This document shows, in pieces, positions 1 through 13,608 of a DNA stretch of 64,000 nucleotides (position 1 is the stretch's first letter; every line of letters begins with the position of its first letter). This DNA comes from Eledone cirrhosa (lineage: Eukaryota), in assembly GCA_964016885.1 (NCBI GenBank), contig OZ024745.1, forward strand, positions 28,830,001 through 28,894,000. The letters are read 5' to 3'. Below the pieces are notes generated by a model that worked only from the letters and a program-made list of their open reading frames with translations, made no database searches and was not told the DNA's origin. The position numbers and the translations under genes are program-made.

Positions 1-512
1 ACTAAGATTATTTCTATTTTTATGTCCAATTCTACTTTAAAAGAATGAAAAAAAAAATTCTAAATTAATTTTTTTTATTAATTAAAAATAAATTTCTAAT
101 TTCGAAAGTGTTTGTATTTATTTATTCATTTCTAAAAATAGTTTTTCTATTTCTAGGTGCATTTTATCACCGCACTAGCACTTTGCAGAGTGTACTGGGT
201 GCATTTTCTTGTGGCACCACACCAACAAAAGTTATATGAAAAAAAAATGAAAAAATCTGATAATGAACAAACACATACTACAATCATTTTAAGGTCCAAT
301 TTTCCTGCCAAATTAGGGGTTAGCTTAGCAAGCCCCATCACAAGCTTCATACTCAATGAGGTCCTTTTTGAGGCATGTTTCACCCCATGCCCTTCCTGAG
401 TCCAAACCCCTTGCTGATCCCTTACAACACACATAGATACAATACCAGAAACACAAAAGAAAATATTTACAGAATTTATTAACTTTTCTTTTTTTCTTTT
501 TCTATAAACAAA

Positions 513-671
513 TTAATTTTTAGATGAAGCCATCTTTTGTTTCTTTACCTTCTCAACAATTTTTCTGGCTTTGTATGCCGTCACTTTGCAGGTCTGCAGT
601 TTACTGTAATCCTGCCTTTCCATGTGGTTTCGGCCCATTTTGTTATGGAATGCATCTATAATCTTTGTCTT
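513..671 (-). pseudogene. RPF2: Orphan RPF2 (Brix domain)-like terminal exon
   Basis: DAFHNKMGRNHMERQDYSKLQTCK resembles the RPF2 C-terminus (GRIHMQKQDLSKLQTRK); polypyrimidine-cag acceptor at 672-673; no upstream RPF2 exons recognised. Confidence 0.6.
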
Positions 672-829
672 CTGGATTTGAAAATGGGATGTAAAGAAAA
701 AAAAAGGGGGGGGATCTGTACAATGGTTGTTGATAAGGAGGAGGGAGGGATGGGTGGATGAATGGTCCCGTAACTCCTGATATAGTCGTAGGGATGCCGT
801 ATTGACATACAGCATTTCTTAGGCATTTT

Positions 830-1010
830 AAGACTAAAGTTAGACAGGCTTCTTGTCGAAGCTATAGCAGTGGAAACATCTTGTGGCTTGGGTCCTCAGC
901 CCACCTCCCTATTTATTGCGATCGGGATGGAGGAGAATAGTCATCCACAAGAACGACCCCATGAGTTGGAGTCGCTCTTTTTCACAATTCTGTCCTCTGG
1001 GAGACCATGA
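830..1010 (+). mobile_element. Degenerate CRE-like endonuclease fragment
   Basis: Encodes AIAVETSCGLGP, similar to PVAVETSGVLG of the element at 46.8 kb. Confidence 0.4.
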
Positions 1011-1126
1011 GACAACATCCATCTGAAGTTTTTCACTTTAGAGACAAAACAGAAGAAAGTAAAAATAATTGACAGACGAAGGGAAATAACTACAAGTTTT
1101 CTATCTTCTCTCTTGTTAAACTTACA

Positions 1127-1318
1127 TAATTGTTTCTACTTTTGGCACAAGGCCAGCAATTATCCCAGTGCATTACTGGTACTTTATTCTATCGACCCCG
1201 TAAGGATGAAAGGCAAAGTTAACCTCGGCGGGATTCGAACTCGGACCATAAAGGAGCGTAACTCTATGCTGCAAAGCATGGCGTCTGACCCTCTACCGAT
1301 ACTGCCAATTCACCGCCC
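1127..1318 (-). mobile_element. tRNA-derived SINE, family A
   Basis: Reverse complement of the multi-copy element with A/B boxes (tggcagtatcgg...gagttcgaatcc) and gcctttcatccttacggggtcgata core. Confidence 0.85.
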
Positions 1319-1445
1319 TATTAAACTTGCATAATGATCAATATTACACAAACATACATATTGTGTGCGAAACATTCAATATAAAATCACACACACACAA
1401 ACATAGTTCATATTGTGTGTAAGACATTTTATATATATTGTGTAG

Positions 1446-1482
<37 letters not shown>

Positions 1483-1503
1483 GTAGGAGACTATATATAT
1501 ATA

Positions 1504-2890
1504 TACGATATTAAACAAATGGAAACTATATTTATAAAACCATATTTATTTCGTTATATATATTTCTGGGATATCATATTAAAAATATGGTATGCCTTCC
1601 TCAGACAAAATACAATACATAAGCTGTTTTATAAATAATTATTGACATACCTTATAATAATGCAACTTCCATTTAAAAAGTTGATTTGGTAGTGAAACTG
1701 TTATGACAGTTATATAGAAAGAAAAACGAGGATGAGAAGAAGAAGATGAAGAGATGTATGTAAATAAAAAAAAAAAATAAATAAAAATAAAAAAAAAGAA
1801 GATGAAGAGATGTATGTAAAGAAAAACAACAGAGCGAGATAGAGAGACAAGGAGATATGGGAGAGAGAAATACATTGAGGAAGTGAAAAAATATAGTAGG
1901 CAGCTTTTGGACAGATGATCATCGTATATGTGAGAGGTTAAGGAGGGAAGGGATACAGTTAAACTAGCCGACACATAAATCACGCCCAGTGTATAGGAGA
2001 AAAAGAAAGAAAGATGATATATTTAAAATATCTTTTGTAACGCAATGAAGTTTTTCATGAAATATAAGAATCTGTGGAGCATATCACGTAGGTTCACATG
2101 TGTGTCTATATTTATCAACTTGAATTTGAGATAACCTTCTCTTTTCTCTTTTTCTTTTTTCACGAGAATGCATATATACTTATGTTTGAAGTTTTATCTC
2201 AGATTTTGCTTATAGACCTAAGAATTTTTAAACTAAGCATGTGGTCATTTTTTTCACACATTATGGATATGTGTCTCATTCATGAATACTGATATTTACA
2301 TTATAATACCTAATTCATAAAAATTGATAATTCAAATGGATGAGACATAATATATTTTTAATATATTTTAAATATATCATCTTTCTTTCTTTTTCTCCTA
2401 TACACTGGACCTGATTTATGTGTCGGCTAGTTTAACTGTATCCCTTCCCTCCTTAACCTCTCACATATACGATGATCATCTGTCCAAAAGCTGCCTACTA
2501 TATTTTTTCACTTCCTCAATGTATTTCTCTCTCCCATATCTCCTTGTCTCTCTATCTCGCTCTGTTGTTTTTCTTTACATACATCTCTTCATCTTCTTTT
2601 TTTTTATTTTTATTTATTTTTTTATTTTATTTACATACATCTCTTCATCTTCTTCTTCTTATCCTCGTTTTTCTTTCTATATAACTGTCATAACAGTTTC
2701 ACTACCAAATCAACTTTTTAAATGGAAGTTGCATTATTATAAGGTATGTCAATAATTATTTATAAAACAGCTTATGTATTGTATTTTGTCTGAGGAAGGC
2801 ATACCATATTTTTAATATGATATCCCAGAAATATATATAACGAAATAAATATGGTTTTATAAATATAGTTTCCATTTGTTTAATATCGTA
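1504..2890. repeat. Long inverted repeat: arms ~1504-2031 and ~2363-2890, ~330-bp spacer
   Basis: Arms are near-perfect reverse complements; mirrored ORFs 1639-1983(-) and 2420-2755(+). Confidence 0.93.
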
Positions 2891-2975
2891 AACCTACTCC
2901 AGAAACTGTTGAGTGCTTTTATATCAGTTATAAAATATTTACTCGTTGTAACCCAACAATCTTAAATAAAACTTT

Positions 2976-3009
<34 letters not shown>

Positions 3010-3036
3010 GTAGGAGACTATATATATATATATATA

Positions 3037-3416
3037 CAGTGCATCTTCGCTTATCCGGACATCGCTTTTCCGAAATTCGATTTACCGGACGGCTATTTCT
3101 ATACTACTATTTATTCATTTTAAAAAAAGTACTAACTTTTTATGGTTTGACTCAATTCAGTTTTACCAAGTTTTTAGTTATTCTTATGTTTGTTTAATTA
3201 GTTTTCTTATAAATTCTAGCTGTTCTTTTGTTATTCTAATAAATTTTCTTTACTTAGCATTTGTCTTTTATTTTGACTAAAAGAAGCCAAAACATTAGAA
3301 ACCACGAGCATTATGTAACAATGGGATTTTAGAATTCACTTATCCGGATATTTCACTTAACCGGATCTTTTTATAACTGTTTGGTTTTGACCGTCCGGAT
3401 AAGCAAAGATTCACTG
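3037..3416. mobile_element. pogo/Tigger-like MITE
   Basis: TIRs CAGTGCATCTTCGCTTATCCGGAC / GTCCGGATAAGCAAAGATTCACTG, flanked by TA inside (TA)n. Confidence 0.85.
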
Positions 3417-4551
3417 TATATATATATATATATATAGGTTCCGAAGAGATTGTTTTGGTAAAAACAAGAGAAAGCTCTCAACATTCGTAGTTTGTCTGCT
3501 GGGCGCACGAGTAGAAGGACGTGTTTTTCCTGCCGGCAGTATATCAAAATCGAATTTCATTTGAGGATACTGTTCTCATAACAAATGCTTGAATTACATC
3601 TTGATTCCATAGAACCGTTGAAATAATTATAATGAATAAACGATTTATGTAACATGAACATCTTTATTAATGTTATCGTTAATCACTCTCATTAGCAGTG
3701 TATACATTGTTTGTGGTGACAATTATTATAACAGTGTCACTCACAGAAACAACACTGTATATAATATATATACTGTATATGATAATTATACATGTAGAAC
3801 TTCAGGAGAATTATATAAACCCGTGATACAAAAAAATGGCATTAATGATTCACCTGTTGTTTCATATTACATGTCTGTTAGTTGTGACCTCTTCAATACT
3901 GAGAAATAGATGGAACAGTTTCTTTGGAATCTTATATAACCGACATGTCATGACAGTATGGAATCAATGGATTCTTGTTATGTTCTTTTTATTGAGTGTA
4001 ACCTACGATATTATCCTTTCGATGGATGCTAAACAAATCACCTTTCGAGAATTTCTCACATGTTTAATTTGATCGTTTTTGTCAATGGTAACGTTTGTGT
4101 TTTTTATCTTCTGGAAATTATATTTCACAGACAATGATTTTTGTTGACATCCTGTTCAAGGACGCTAATAACTACACCATACATTGTCTTCTATTCCTAA
4201 TGGTTCTCATGGAAAAATACCTTGTCTACCATCCTTATATTCACGTTCTGGCTCACATCGTAGGAATTTCCCTCATAACAATTTCCTATCAAAGCATCGT
4301 TCTGTTTTTTGACGGAAACCACTGCCTCTTGGAGCCATCAAGACAGCGCTTCATACAAGTTCAATCCTCGCCTGCTCTTCTTTCTATCCATGTGGCCTAC
4401 GATTGTTAACATCACGATTCTGGCATTATTCTTTTTACCATCAACGGATAACATTTATCCACTACATATATATTTGGTGCCAAGATTAATGAACTTATAT
4501 GGAAAAATTCACTTTCGACTCTGCATCAACAGTAAAACAACTTTACAATTA

Positions 4552-4582
<31 letters not shown>

Positions 4583-5424
4583 TACAGACGTTTAAATTGA
4601 TTAAATAAATAAACGATATGTCGGTAATATTTGTTATTTAGGGACTACATAAGATCTGTTATTTTACATTCTTTTACATCATGAGAAACTTGTGGTAGAT
4701 ATTGTAGGAAAATATATGTGAGATCAAGATTTTGATGGATAACGTGGTACATCAGCCGAAAGGTGATTTACAGTTTAAAGATATAGATGCTATTTAACCC
4801 TTTTGATACCAAACTACCCGAAACCTTTGCTTTTACAATAAGAAACTGTTTGTTTTAACCCTTTAGCATTTACATTACACTGTCGGTTGGTTTTTAATAT
4901 GAGTGTTTGTCTGTGAAACATATACACCAGGTCCGAACACAAAGGAGCCAAACTTTAACACAAAGGACTAGCCTCGTCACACAATGTCCGAATGTGAGAT
5001 GTTTAGCCGCTTACATGTTAATTTCATATAATAGCGAGAGACGGAGGCAGTGAACGAATGAAAGAGAACTTCAACGCGCACACATATTTTTCAGTTTGAG
5101 TATTTTGAATGAATTAATGTATCATATAGCATTTCATTGCTGGTCTATTATTTCAAATGTTCTTATTTGTTATACATGATTAAAACATTGAATTTAACAG
5201 GACACCCCTTGGATTGAAAAATATATTTTGGTAGACTTTTGCAAATTTTAATGGCCAGAATTCTTTCAAACAATTTTTCTCCTAGTAAAAGAGTCCATAT
5301 CTACTCTGATAACTCAGGAAACCGTGAAGCAAGGAAGTCCAAATCTGTTACCAATGATTATTATTAAGACAAATATGGACAGACTGTTACGTTGGGCAAA
5401 CTATTGAAATGGTCGTCGTCGAAA

Positions 5425-6470
5425 CCGACGGAAGTCCGTTCCAATTCCAGTTCGTCCCTCTCTCTCCCCTGCTTCCTTTCCTCCACCCACGCTTGCTCCA
5501 CCATGGTGAGCAGCATCCTCTCCTCTCCAACATGGACTAGTTCCAACAGGGAGTTGGGTGAAACTCTCCAGCAATGGAGTGAGCTGGGCTTGTCTCTTCC
5601 TGAGAAGGTGGAGGACAGTCGAAGTCAGAGAGCTTGGGACAGCATAAGTTCGAAGGCCACCTCGACTCCCTCTTCGTCCTGTCAGATCAGTTTGCAAGGT
5701 GCCACTTACTATCTGCCAACGCCAAATACTCAAGCGACTGGGTCGATGCCCCACCTGTGGCCAACGTTGGTGGCCTACTCAGCCTGGACGAACTTCGTGT
5801 CTCCATCGCCATCAAAGTGGGAGCCGACGTCTGCATGGGTTTGAGGTGCCGATGCGGCAAACTCCTCGACTCTACGGTCTTTCTTGCCGCATGAATGCCG
5901 GCCGCTTCGCGCGTCACACGGAGCTAAACCTTATTCTGAAGAGAGCTTTGGCCCGGGCGAATATCGCCTCAATCTTGGAACCATCTTGTCCAGAAGTGAC
6001 GGCAAAAGACTTGACGGTCTTACTCTGTGCCCCTGGTCGAGAGGCAGGTGCCTTGTCTGGGACGTCACTGTTAGTGACTCCTTTGCTCTTTCCCACATCC
6101 TGGATGCTGCGGTTAGGACGAGAGCCACAGCTTCTGCAGCCGAGCGGAGTAAGACCCTCAAATACTCTGATCTGTCGGCCAGTTACATTTTTCAGCCTGT
6201 GGCTTTCGAGACGTTTGGGGGAGTCGGGCCGCTGACTGCGAGGTTCCTTTCCTCACTGGCGGCTCGCCTTATAGAGGTGACTGGCGAATCTCGCGAGGGT
6301 GCTTGGCTGTTTCAGCGCATCAGCCTCGCCATCACCCGAGACAACGCTGCGAGTGTGCTGGCTTGCCTCAAAAATCATTAGAGAGGTTGACCAGTACTCG
6401 CGACGTTGCTGTCTTTTGCTCTGGTGTTGGCTCCGTTGTTCACCCTTCTTTTACATTTTCTTTAATATTG
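5425..6470 (+). mobile_element. CRE-like non-LTR retrotransposon, 3' part (Zn knuckle + restriction-like endonuclease), frameshifted
   Basis: CRCG..LSC..GRFARH, DGKRLDGLTLCPW..G.CLVWDVTV, PVAFETFG motifs; GC-rich. Confidence 0.85.
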
Positions 6471-6599
6471 TAGCATTGAAGGAATATATCTTTCATTATA
6501 TCATCCTTTATAGTGTTACCGAGGCATTTGTAATGTTATTTATGTATATATTTAAAACATATTTGTTATGTTATTCTACTGTAAATTTATTTATATGCT

Positions 6600-6785
6600 C
6601 TGTTTATATTTTCATTCTGAAGGAATTGCAAACGATTTGTAATGTTGTTTGTGCAACTATGAAGTATTAATTGTATTATATGTGTTTATATTTTCATTCT
6701 GAAGGAATTGCAAACGATTTGTAATGTTGTTTGTGCAACTATGAAGTATTAATTGTATTATATGTGTTTATATTTTCATTCTGTA
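6600..6785. repeat. ~84-bp tandem duplication
   Basis: tgtttatattttcattctgaaggaattgcaaacg... repeated about 2.2 times. Confidence 0.85.
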
Positions 6786-7212
6786 AAAATTATAAACAGC
6801 AATAAAGTAAATTCCAGTTCAAATGCGCAACTGAGCATGGCGCTGGGTGTGGCAATGCCTGCTGAGCCGAGTTCTGTTGACACGGTATTAATTAATTGCA
6901 CTCAAGATCTTTCTCGAAGCACACAGGGGCGGCCAAATCTAACATCCGTCCGGCATTCATTTCAATTACGTTTCGATTTCAACTTCTGCTGTGCGCAAAG
7001 AAATGTATATATTTAACCACGCTCTCTCATCACCCTACACGCCTCAACCTAAACCCTCACGCAACCTACCCCATGGCGCGTCAAATCTCAATACCATCCC
7101 AACCCCCTACAACCAAACATTCGATAGTTGAACTTAAATCATATCAGATTTGTGAAAACCATTAAGTTTTTTTTTACTACTAATAATGAAGGATTTTTTA
7201 ATGCTGACTCTA

Positions 7213-7280
<68 letters not shown>

Positions 7281-8009
7281 ACAGAGAGAGAGAGAGAGAG
7301 AGAGGGGGAGAGAGAGAGAGATTGTGTGGCGAATTGGCAGTTAGTTACAACTTTAGATAGAATGTTTTGCGATATTCGTTTTTGCTCTCTGAGTTCAAAT
7401 CTCGTCGAGATCAACCCTTGCTTTCCACTCCTTGGAGGTCGATAAAAAAAAAAGTAGCAGTCCAGAACAAAAATCGATTCCTCGTCTCTGCCACTTTCCC
7501 TTTCCTTCTCTGGAAAAAAATCGACTTGGAGAGGGGATAGGCTCCGTCAGATTTTAAAAAATGCCCAAGAAACGCTGTATGTCACTACGGTGCTCCTTCG
7601 ATTTCATCAGGAGTTACAGGTCAAAGGATATTATATATATAATGTGTGTGTGTGTGTGTGTATGACTGGGTGTATATATGGGTCCTAGCGAGATTTATGT
7701 TTGTTGTAGAGAGAGAGAGAGAGAGAGAGGCATATAAATGCTTCTACATACACCTTTAATGAACCAGGCTATGTTTATGCTGCTGCTCATTAATCTAGCT
7801 AGTCAAGCATCTCACGCAGATGTTTTATACGCAAAATGTATATAAGTTATAGCTTATTCCTGCTTCAGTACTGAGTAAGTAAGCGTCACTGATGATAGAT
7901 AAAGATATTCTGAAACGCTAGTGCCTGGCGTTCTTGCACGGATAGTCATGTAGCCGTGATATGATCACACCTTAAAGCATCCATAGCGAGATTTATATAT
8001 GTTTGTTAT

Positions 8010-8850
8010 AGGGCGGTCGATTGGCAGTATCGGTAGAGAGTCGGACGTCATGCTTTGCAGTATAGAGTTACGGTCCTTTACGGTCTGAGTTCAAATCCCG
8101 CCGAGGTTAACTTTGCCTTTCATCCTTACAGGGTCGATAAAATAAAGTACGAGTCACGCACTGGGATCGATTTAATCGACTTTCCCCTTCCCCAAAATTG
8201 CTGGCCTTGTACCTATATTAGAAACCATTATAGATTAGACGCCATGCTGTGAAGCATAGAGTTACAGCCCTTTATGATCTGAGTTCAAATCCCGGCGAGG
8301 TTAACTTTGCCTTTCATCCTTACGGGGTCGATAAAATAAAGTACCAGTCACGCACTGGGTCGATTTAATCGACCCCCCCCCCCCCCAAAAAAAAAATGCT
8401 GGCCTTGTGCCTATATAAGAAACCATTATCAATTAGGGTAGACATTAGACAGCATTGTTTTTGTATGTCTCTTATATTACTGCTAGTTGTGTTTCTGAAT
8501 CTTTTAGGCGGAATCTTTTTTGTAGCCTCAAGCCAATATTTTAAATTATGAAGGAGTAACAAAGTTATATTCCTTAAGATTTTAAAGATTAATCTTAATA
8601 GTTTGAGCAGTAATTTATTGACACACAAGTCATGTTATTACAAAGACGAATGAAAATTTGTTCGTTCGTGTTTACGATTGAATTATAAGGACGCCATGGT
8701 TTGCAGCATGGAGTTATGGGCCTTTACGATCTGAGTTCAAATCCCGCCGAGGTTAACTTTGCCTTTTATCCTTACGGGGTCGATAAAATAAAGTACCAGT
8801 AATGCACTGGGATAATTGCTATCCTTGTGCCAAAAGTAGAAACAATTATA
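8010..8850 (+). mobile_element. Cluster of three family-A SINE copies (~8010-8230, 8238-8430, 8690-8850)
   Basis: Shared gagttcaaatccc...gaggttaactttgcc...gtcgataaaataaagtac. Confidence 0.88.
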
Positions 8851-9789
8851 AGGTTGAATCACAAATACATTTTTTGATAAATAGAGCAGAAATATGTTCG
8901 GCTGAGTCTTCCCTTTGACTGGCTTACGTAAGTGAGCCTGAACTAACCACAATAACATTATTGTGAACTACCAAATCTATTGAGACGAATATTTTAAGTT
9001 ATAAAGTTGAAACAATATTAAAAAATATATAAATTTCGTTTTTATTTATTTAAATTCAGTTCCTTGTATTTTATTTATTTGTTGTTATGTAATTCATTTA
9101 AAAAAAATTTTAATTTTATTAATTTAAAAATAATTTTATTGTTTCCTTTTAGTATATTTATTTCAATTTTTAATTTCATTTATTTTATATTTTATTTATG
9201 TTTGATTTGTTTAATTTGTTGATTTAAAAAAAAATATATTTTTATACTATTTATTTTAGATTCATTTTTTTGTTTGTTTTGTTATCTTCAATTTGTTTTG
9301 CTTATTTATTTTATTTTATTTCAATATTTAAATAAAATAAAAATATGAAGTAAAATAGTAAAATAAAAGAAACTGAAACTAAAATATAAATTAAAAAATA
9401 AATATACAAAATAAACAAAAATATATAAACAAATAAAATTAATTAAAAAGAAATATTTGTTTTTTATTTTATTTTTTTAGTTTTTCCTTTTATTAGATTT
9501 TTGTATATTTTATTCTATTTATATTTAATTACTCAATTTTTTATTTTATGTAATTTGATTCTTATATTTATTTTATATATTTTATTTCATTTCATATTCT
9601 TAATTATTATTTCACTTTTAATTTTATTTATTTTATTAATTTCATTTATAAAATAAATCTATTTGTAAATAAATATATTTATAAAATAAATGTATTTATA
9701 AATATATTTACAAAATTTGTAAAATAAATGAAACAAAATAAAACAAGAAAATAAACAAATCAAAATATAAAATATATTAAAATAAAAAA

Positions 9790-10390
9790 AAATCTCCTTG
9801 ATTGCTTCTTTGACCCTCAACTTCAATAGCTGGTCCTTTATGTGGGGTTTTGTGGGGGTAGTCTTTCACTTCCTCCCAGTTATCAACTTCTCATAATAGC
9901 AGTGCCAGGCCTATTTCCTTTCAATGTCAGTAATGCTATGTGCACTGGTGTCATTTCAAACACTTTAACCCAACAACATTCTGATTTGCACTGAGACACT
10001 GCTTTGCAATGTAAAAGACCTCATATCTTTGATCCTCTTCATGTTGTCAACACAGTTAATGTGAGTAGCTGCTTGTACTCTGTACTACAGAGAGCCATCA
10101 CAAATAACCTGAATACAGTTCTTATGAGGGACACCACTAATTATTAATGTTTCCTTTGAGAAGGCTCCATTGGCTGCGAGTCTTATTTCTGTCTTCTAAA
10201 AAAACCGTGCAGTTACTTTTCTAGTTTTCCAACTCTGCTGATATTCTGCAGTTAATGACATATTCCATAAACCTTATTGAAGGCATAATTGAAATATATG
10301 ACATCCACATTTGAGTGGTTTAGCAGCTGTTTTAGTACCCAAATAAACTACCTGATCAGTTGTTAGTTGTCAAAACTTCCATGCTTCCCG
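9790..10390 (-). mobile_element. Old RTE LINE remnant
   Basis: Degenerate similarity to the RT/C-terminal part of the 33.8-kb RTE. Confidence 0.5.
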
Positions 10391-10787
10391 AAATTTGCTA
10401 ACACTACACCTGATATCCCCCCCCCCCTCCATACACACGCATGCATGTGTGTGTCTCTCTGTGTATATCATGGCTCATACACTGTTCATTTTCTTGATAT
10501 TTTTACATTATTCTATATATTATACATCCACCTTTGATGAGTTGTAGTGCACCTGAGCACTGTACACAATAATTTTCATTATTATATATATATATAATAA
10601 TGAAAAAAAAGTTGCCTGCAAATGAATGAAACTGGCTGGGCACTGCACCCATCATCCAGAAGAGATAGGATCACAACTTGTTCTCTGGAAACTGGCAGTC
10701 GGATGAAGAAGCGTGGGAAGACAGGCCATCTCATTCATTGATCCGAATCTTTGCGAGTGTAAACTCGACCTGAGATATATATATATA

Positions 10788-10978
10788 TGAGGGTAAGCTA
10801 AAAAGTTCATAGGTTGACCATGAAGGAATGATGCTAGAGCTGTGAAATCTTGCATGTATTAATTTCAACTCTTTTTATTAATAACTGCATTGTTTCTTTC
10901 CAAGTTGAAAAATAAACCTCATTTGGTCATTCCATGAGAGTATTTTGGCCAACCTCTGAACTTTTCAGCTGACCCTTA
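10788..10978. mobile_element. mariner-like MITE (related ends at 11046-11150)
   Basis: TIRs gagggtaagctaaaaagttcataggttgacc / ggccaacctctgaacttttcagctgaccct in TA context. Confidence 0.65.
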
Positions 10979-10985
10979 TGTATGA

Positions 10986-11045
<60 letters not shown>

Positions 11046-11199
11046 AGGGTTGGCTGAAAAGTAAAACAATGATGATGATGATGTGTATATATATATATAC
11101 ATACATATATACACAAGGGTCGGCTGAAAAATTCAGAGGTTGGCCAAGATATTTTATATATATACACACACACATATACATCATCATCATTCTTTTCTC

Positions 11200-12340
11200 A
11201 AGTTTACACTAAGATCCCTTAAGTTCTATTTTCAAAGCCAGAACTTTTTCTCTAGTTCTTTTACAAGTTTGGAAGTCATCTGCATACAAAGGTTCCCATG
11301 AACAGCCTGTCTAAACCTCCTGTTATGACCAGGAGAACTATGATAAATGAGTGGGCTGAACCCTGATGGACTCCTACCTGTACCTTGAATTCTTCACTAA
11401 ACTCTCTTTACTTACAACTCTGCACTGCTCTCACAAGCCATTATTCAACACTTAGTTTCCTTAAGGATTACTGGATGACAGATTGAGATACGCTGTAAAA
11501 GGTTTTCTCTAGGTCAACAAAAGCTAAATATAGAAGCTTACTCTTAGCTATAACTTCTCTTGTAGTTGTCTCTCTAAAAAAAGGGCATGACACAAAAAAC
11601 TGCATCTCATCTAGTTTCACTCATTTCTTAATTACACCAGTCATTGGGTATAACCCCATCATGTATTATCTGATTGATTATGCTGGAGACTAGTTCAACT
11701 CCTACTTCCCCAGAAGATTTCAGTATCTCAGCAACTTTGTTGGACCAACAAATTTACCATTTTTCATCTCCTTGATTGTTTCTTTGAGCCTATAACTGTC
11801 AATTTCAATAGCTGGTAACCTCTCATCCTTCCACTTTCATCATCTTCACATAATAGCATTTCCAGGCCTCTTTCTTTTGAGTGTCAGTGCTGTTAAATGC
11901 ACCAGTCCTTTCAATCACACTTTTCTTCAACAGCATCCTGATCCTCATACTGCAGGGCATTGGAAAACTGCATGCTTTGAGCATCTTTACATATATATAT
12001 ATATATATATATAGATATGTTGGGCAGTACCAAGATGGATTCACTGGAGTTCATGGCTGAAGAAATGAAGAAGGAGTGAGGCTCCTGGGATTCTGTGAAG
12101 CAAATAAACTAAGCATTTGCAACACTAATTGATGATCACTGGGTGAAGAACTACCAGGAAATCCCAGTAGAGGGAAGTTGCAGTAAATCTAGACCAAGGA
12201 AGACCTGGGAAGAGGTGGTTAGAGTTGATCCTCACAGAGCAAATGATGAAGGAACAACAAGTAGAGAACAAGCTGTGTTGAAAAGAGACCATCCAACCCA
12301 TGGAAATTTGGAAAAGCAAATGTATAAATGATGAAGATGA
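11200..12340. mobile_element. RTE LINE remnants (RT fragment on - at ~11200-11940; endonuclease and 3' fragments on + at ~12020-12340)
   Basis: Degenerate YADD/FVDLEK region; RPRKTWEEVVR; (atg)n tail. Confidence 0.65.
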
Positions 12341-13492
12341 TATTTATACATATACACACATACACATATATGTATATATATATATGTCATTTTTAAATGT
12401 GCTTTTGCCTGCTTTCATATAAAAAAAAAAGGAAGATATACCATGTGTTATTGTAAATTTTATTACTTGAAACAAAAGGTTTGTATGTGGATACATACTT
12501 GTCTGTATGAATGTATTTATGTACATGTATAGATATATGAGTGTGTATATATTTTTCTATACATGTTCGTATGCATAGACACACACACCCACATACATAT
12601 AGGTAGTGTTGGTGTCACGTTAAACCACACCCAATACACACTGTAAAGTGGTTGATGGTAGGAAGGGCATCCAGCCATAGAAAACTTGTGAAAAAAAAAA
12701 AAGTCGAGAGGACTCTTCAATTGTGTCAAAGACATAATCTCTTTATTGCTGGTGCCACAATAAACCGCTGCCATTGCACCCCACAGAGCACAGGAACCGA
12801 GGTAAGCAAGATGCAGGACCCCAGCCTATCTGAAAGGTCAGATGCTGACTTGGTCTGTGACAACCTGTCCAACCCTTGCGAGCAGGGAAAATGGACGTTA
12901 AATGATGTTGATTATGATGATGATGTAGAATATATACACTGTATCCCTGTGTGTTGTAAATGGTGACTAAAAGGATTAGTTGCAGAAGGGGCTTCCATCC
13001 ATAAAACATTGCCTCCGAAAAAGCATGCTATAATGAGTATGAAACTTAGTATGGGGCCCTGCAAGGCTATTCATTGCTTTAGCAAAGAATATGGCTTGTT
13101 AAAGTTATACATATGCATATGTGAGTTTAAGAGTATATGTGTGTGCATATATGTACAGATATGTTGTGTGTGTGTGAGAGAATGTGCATATGCATATGTG
13201 TATTTGTATGACTAGATACAATGTAGAAGAAATAGTCCTCATCGATAAATTTCACCCACGAATATTACTGTTATTTCACCCTCCACCCCACCCTGCTCAA
13301 CACAAACACAAATATATATCATAAAGAACTGAAATGTTAAACTGTCACCAGCAGAATTAGAACTCTGTTGTGTGTGTATCACACCTCTATTAAGCCCTTT
13401 AGACCATCTCAACCACAGTCCTGCTCATGCCAGAACTTTTATGGAATTTCAGAGATTTTCTATAATTTTTTGGTGAACCACATTTCTGCTTA

Positions 13493-13523
<31 letters not shown>

Positions 13524-13608
13524 GAGACACATAAATACATACTTTACATACACAGAAACATATATGCACTCACTTATAATACACACACATACCCATACAC
13601 AAATTCGC

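Noticed and set aside
7570-7620. CTGATGA on the minus strand as a hammerhead
   Set aside because: No downstream GAAA or stem II; it belongs to a repeat also seen at ~765-830.
8010-8110. tRNA gene
   Set aside because: A/B boxes belong to multi-copy SINE heads; no complete cloverleaf.
8990-9790. Extremely AT-rich tract with local palindromes
   Set aside because: Low-complexity sequence; palindromes are expected by chance at this composition.
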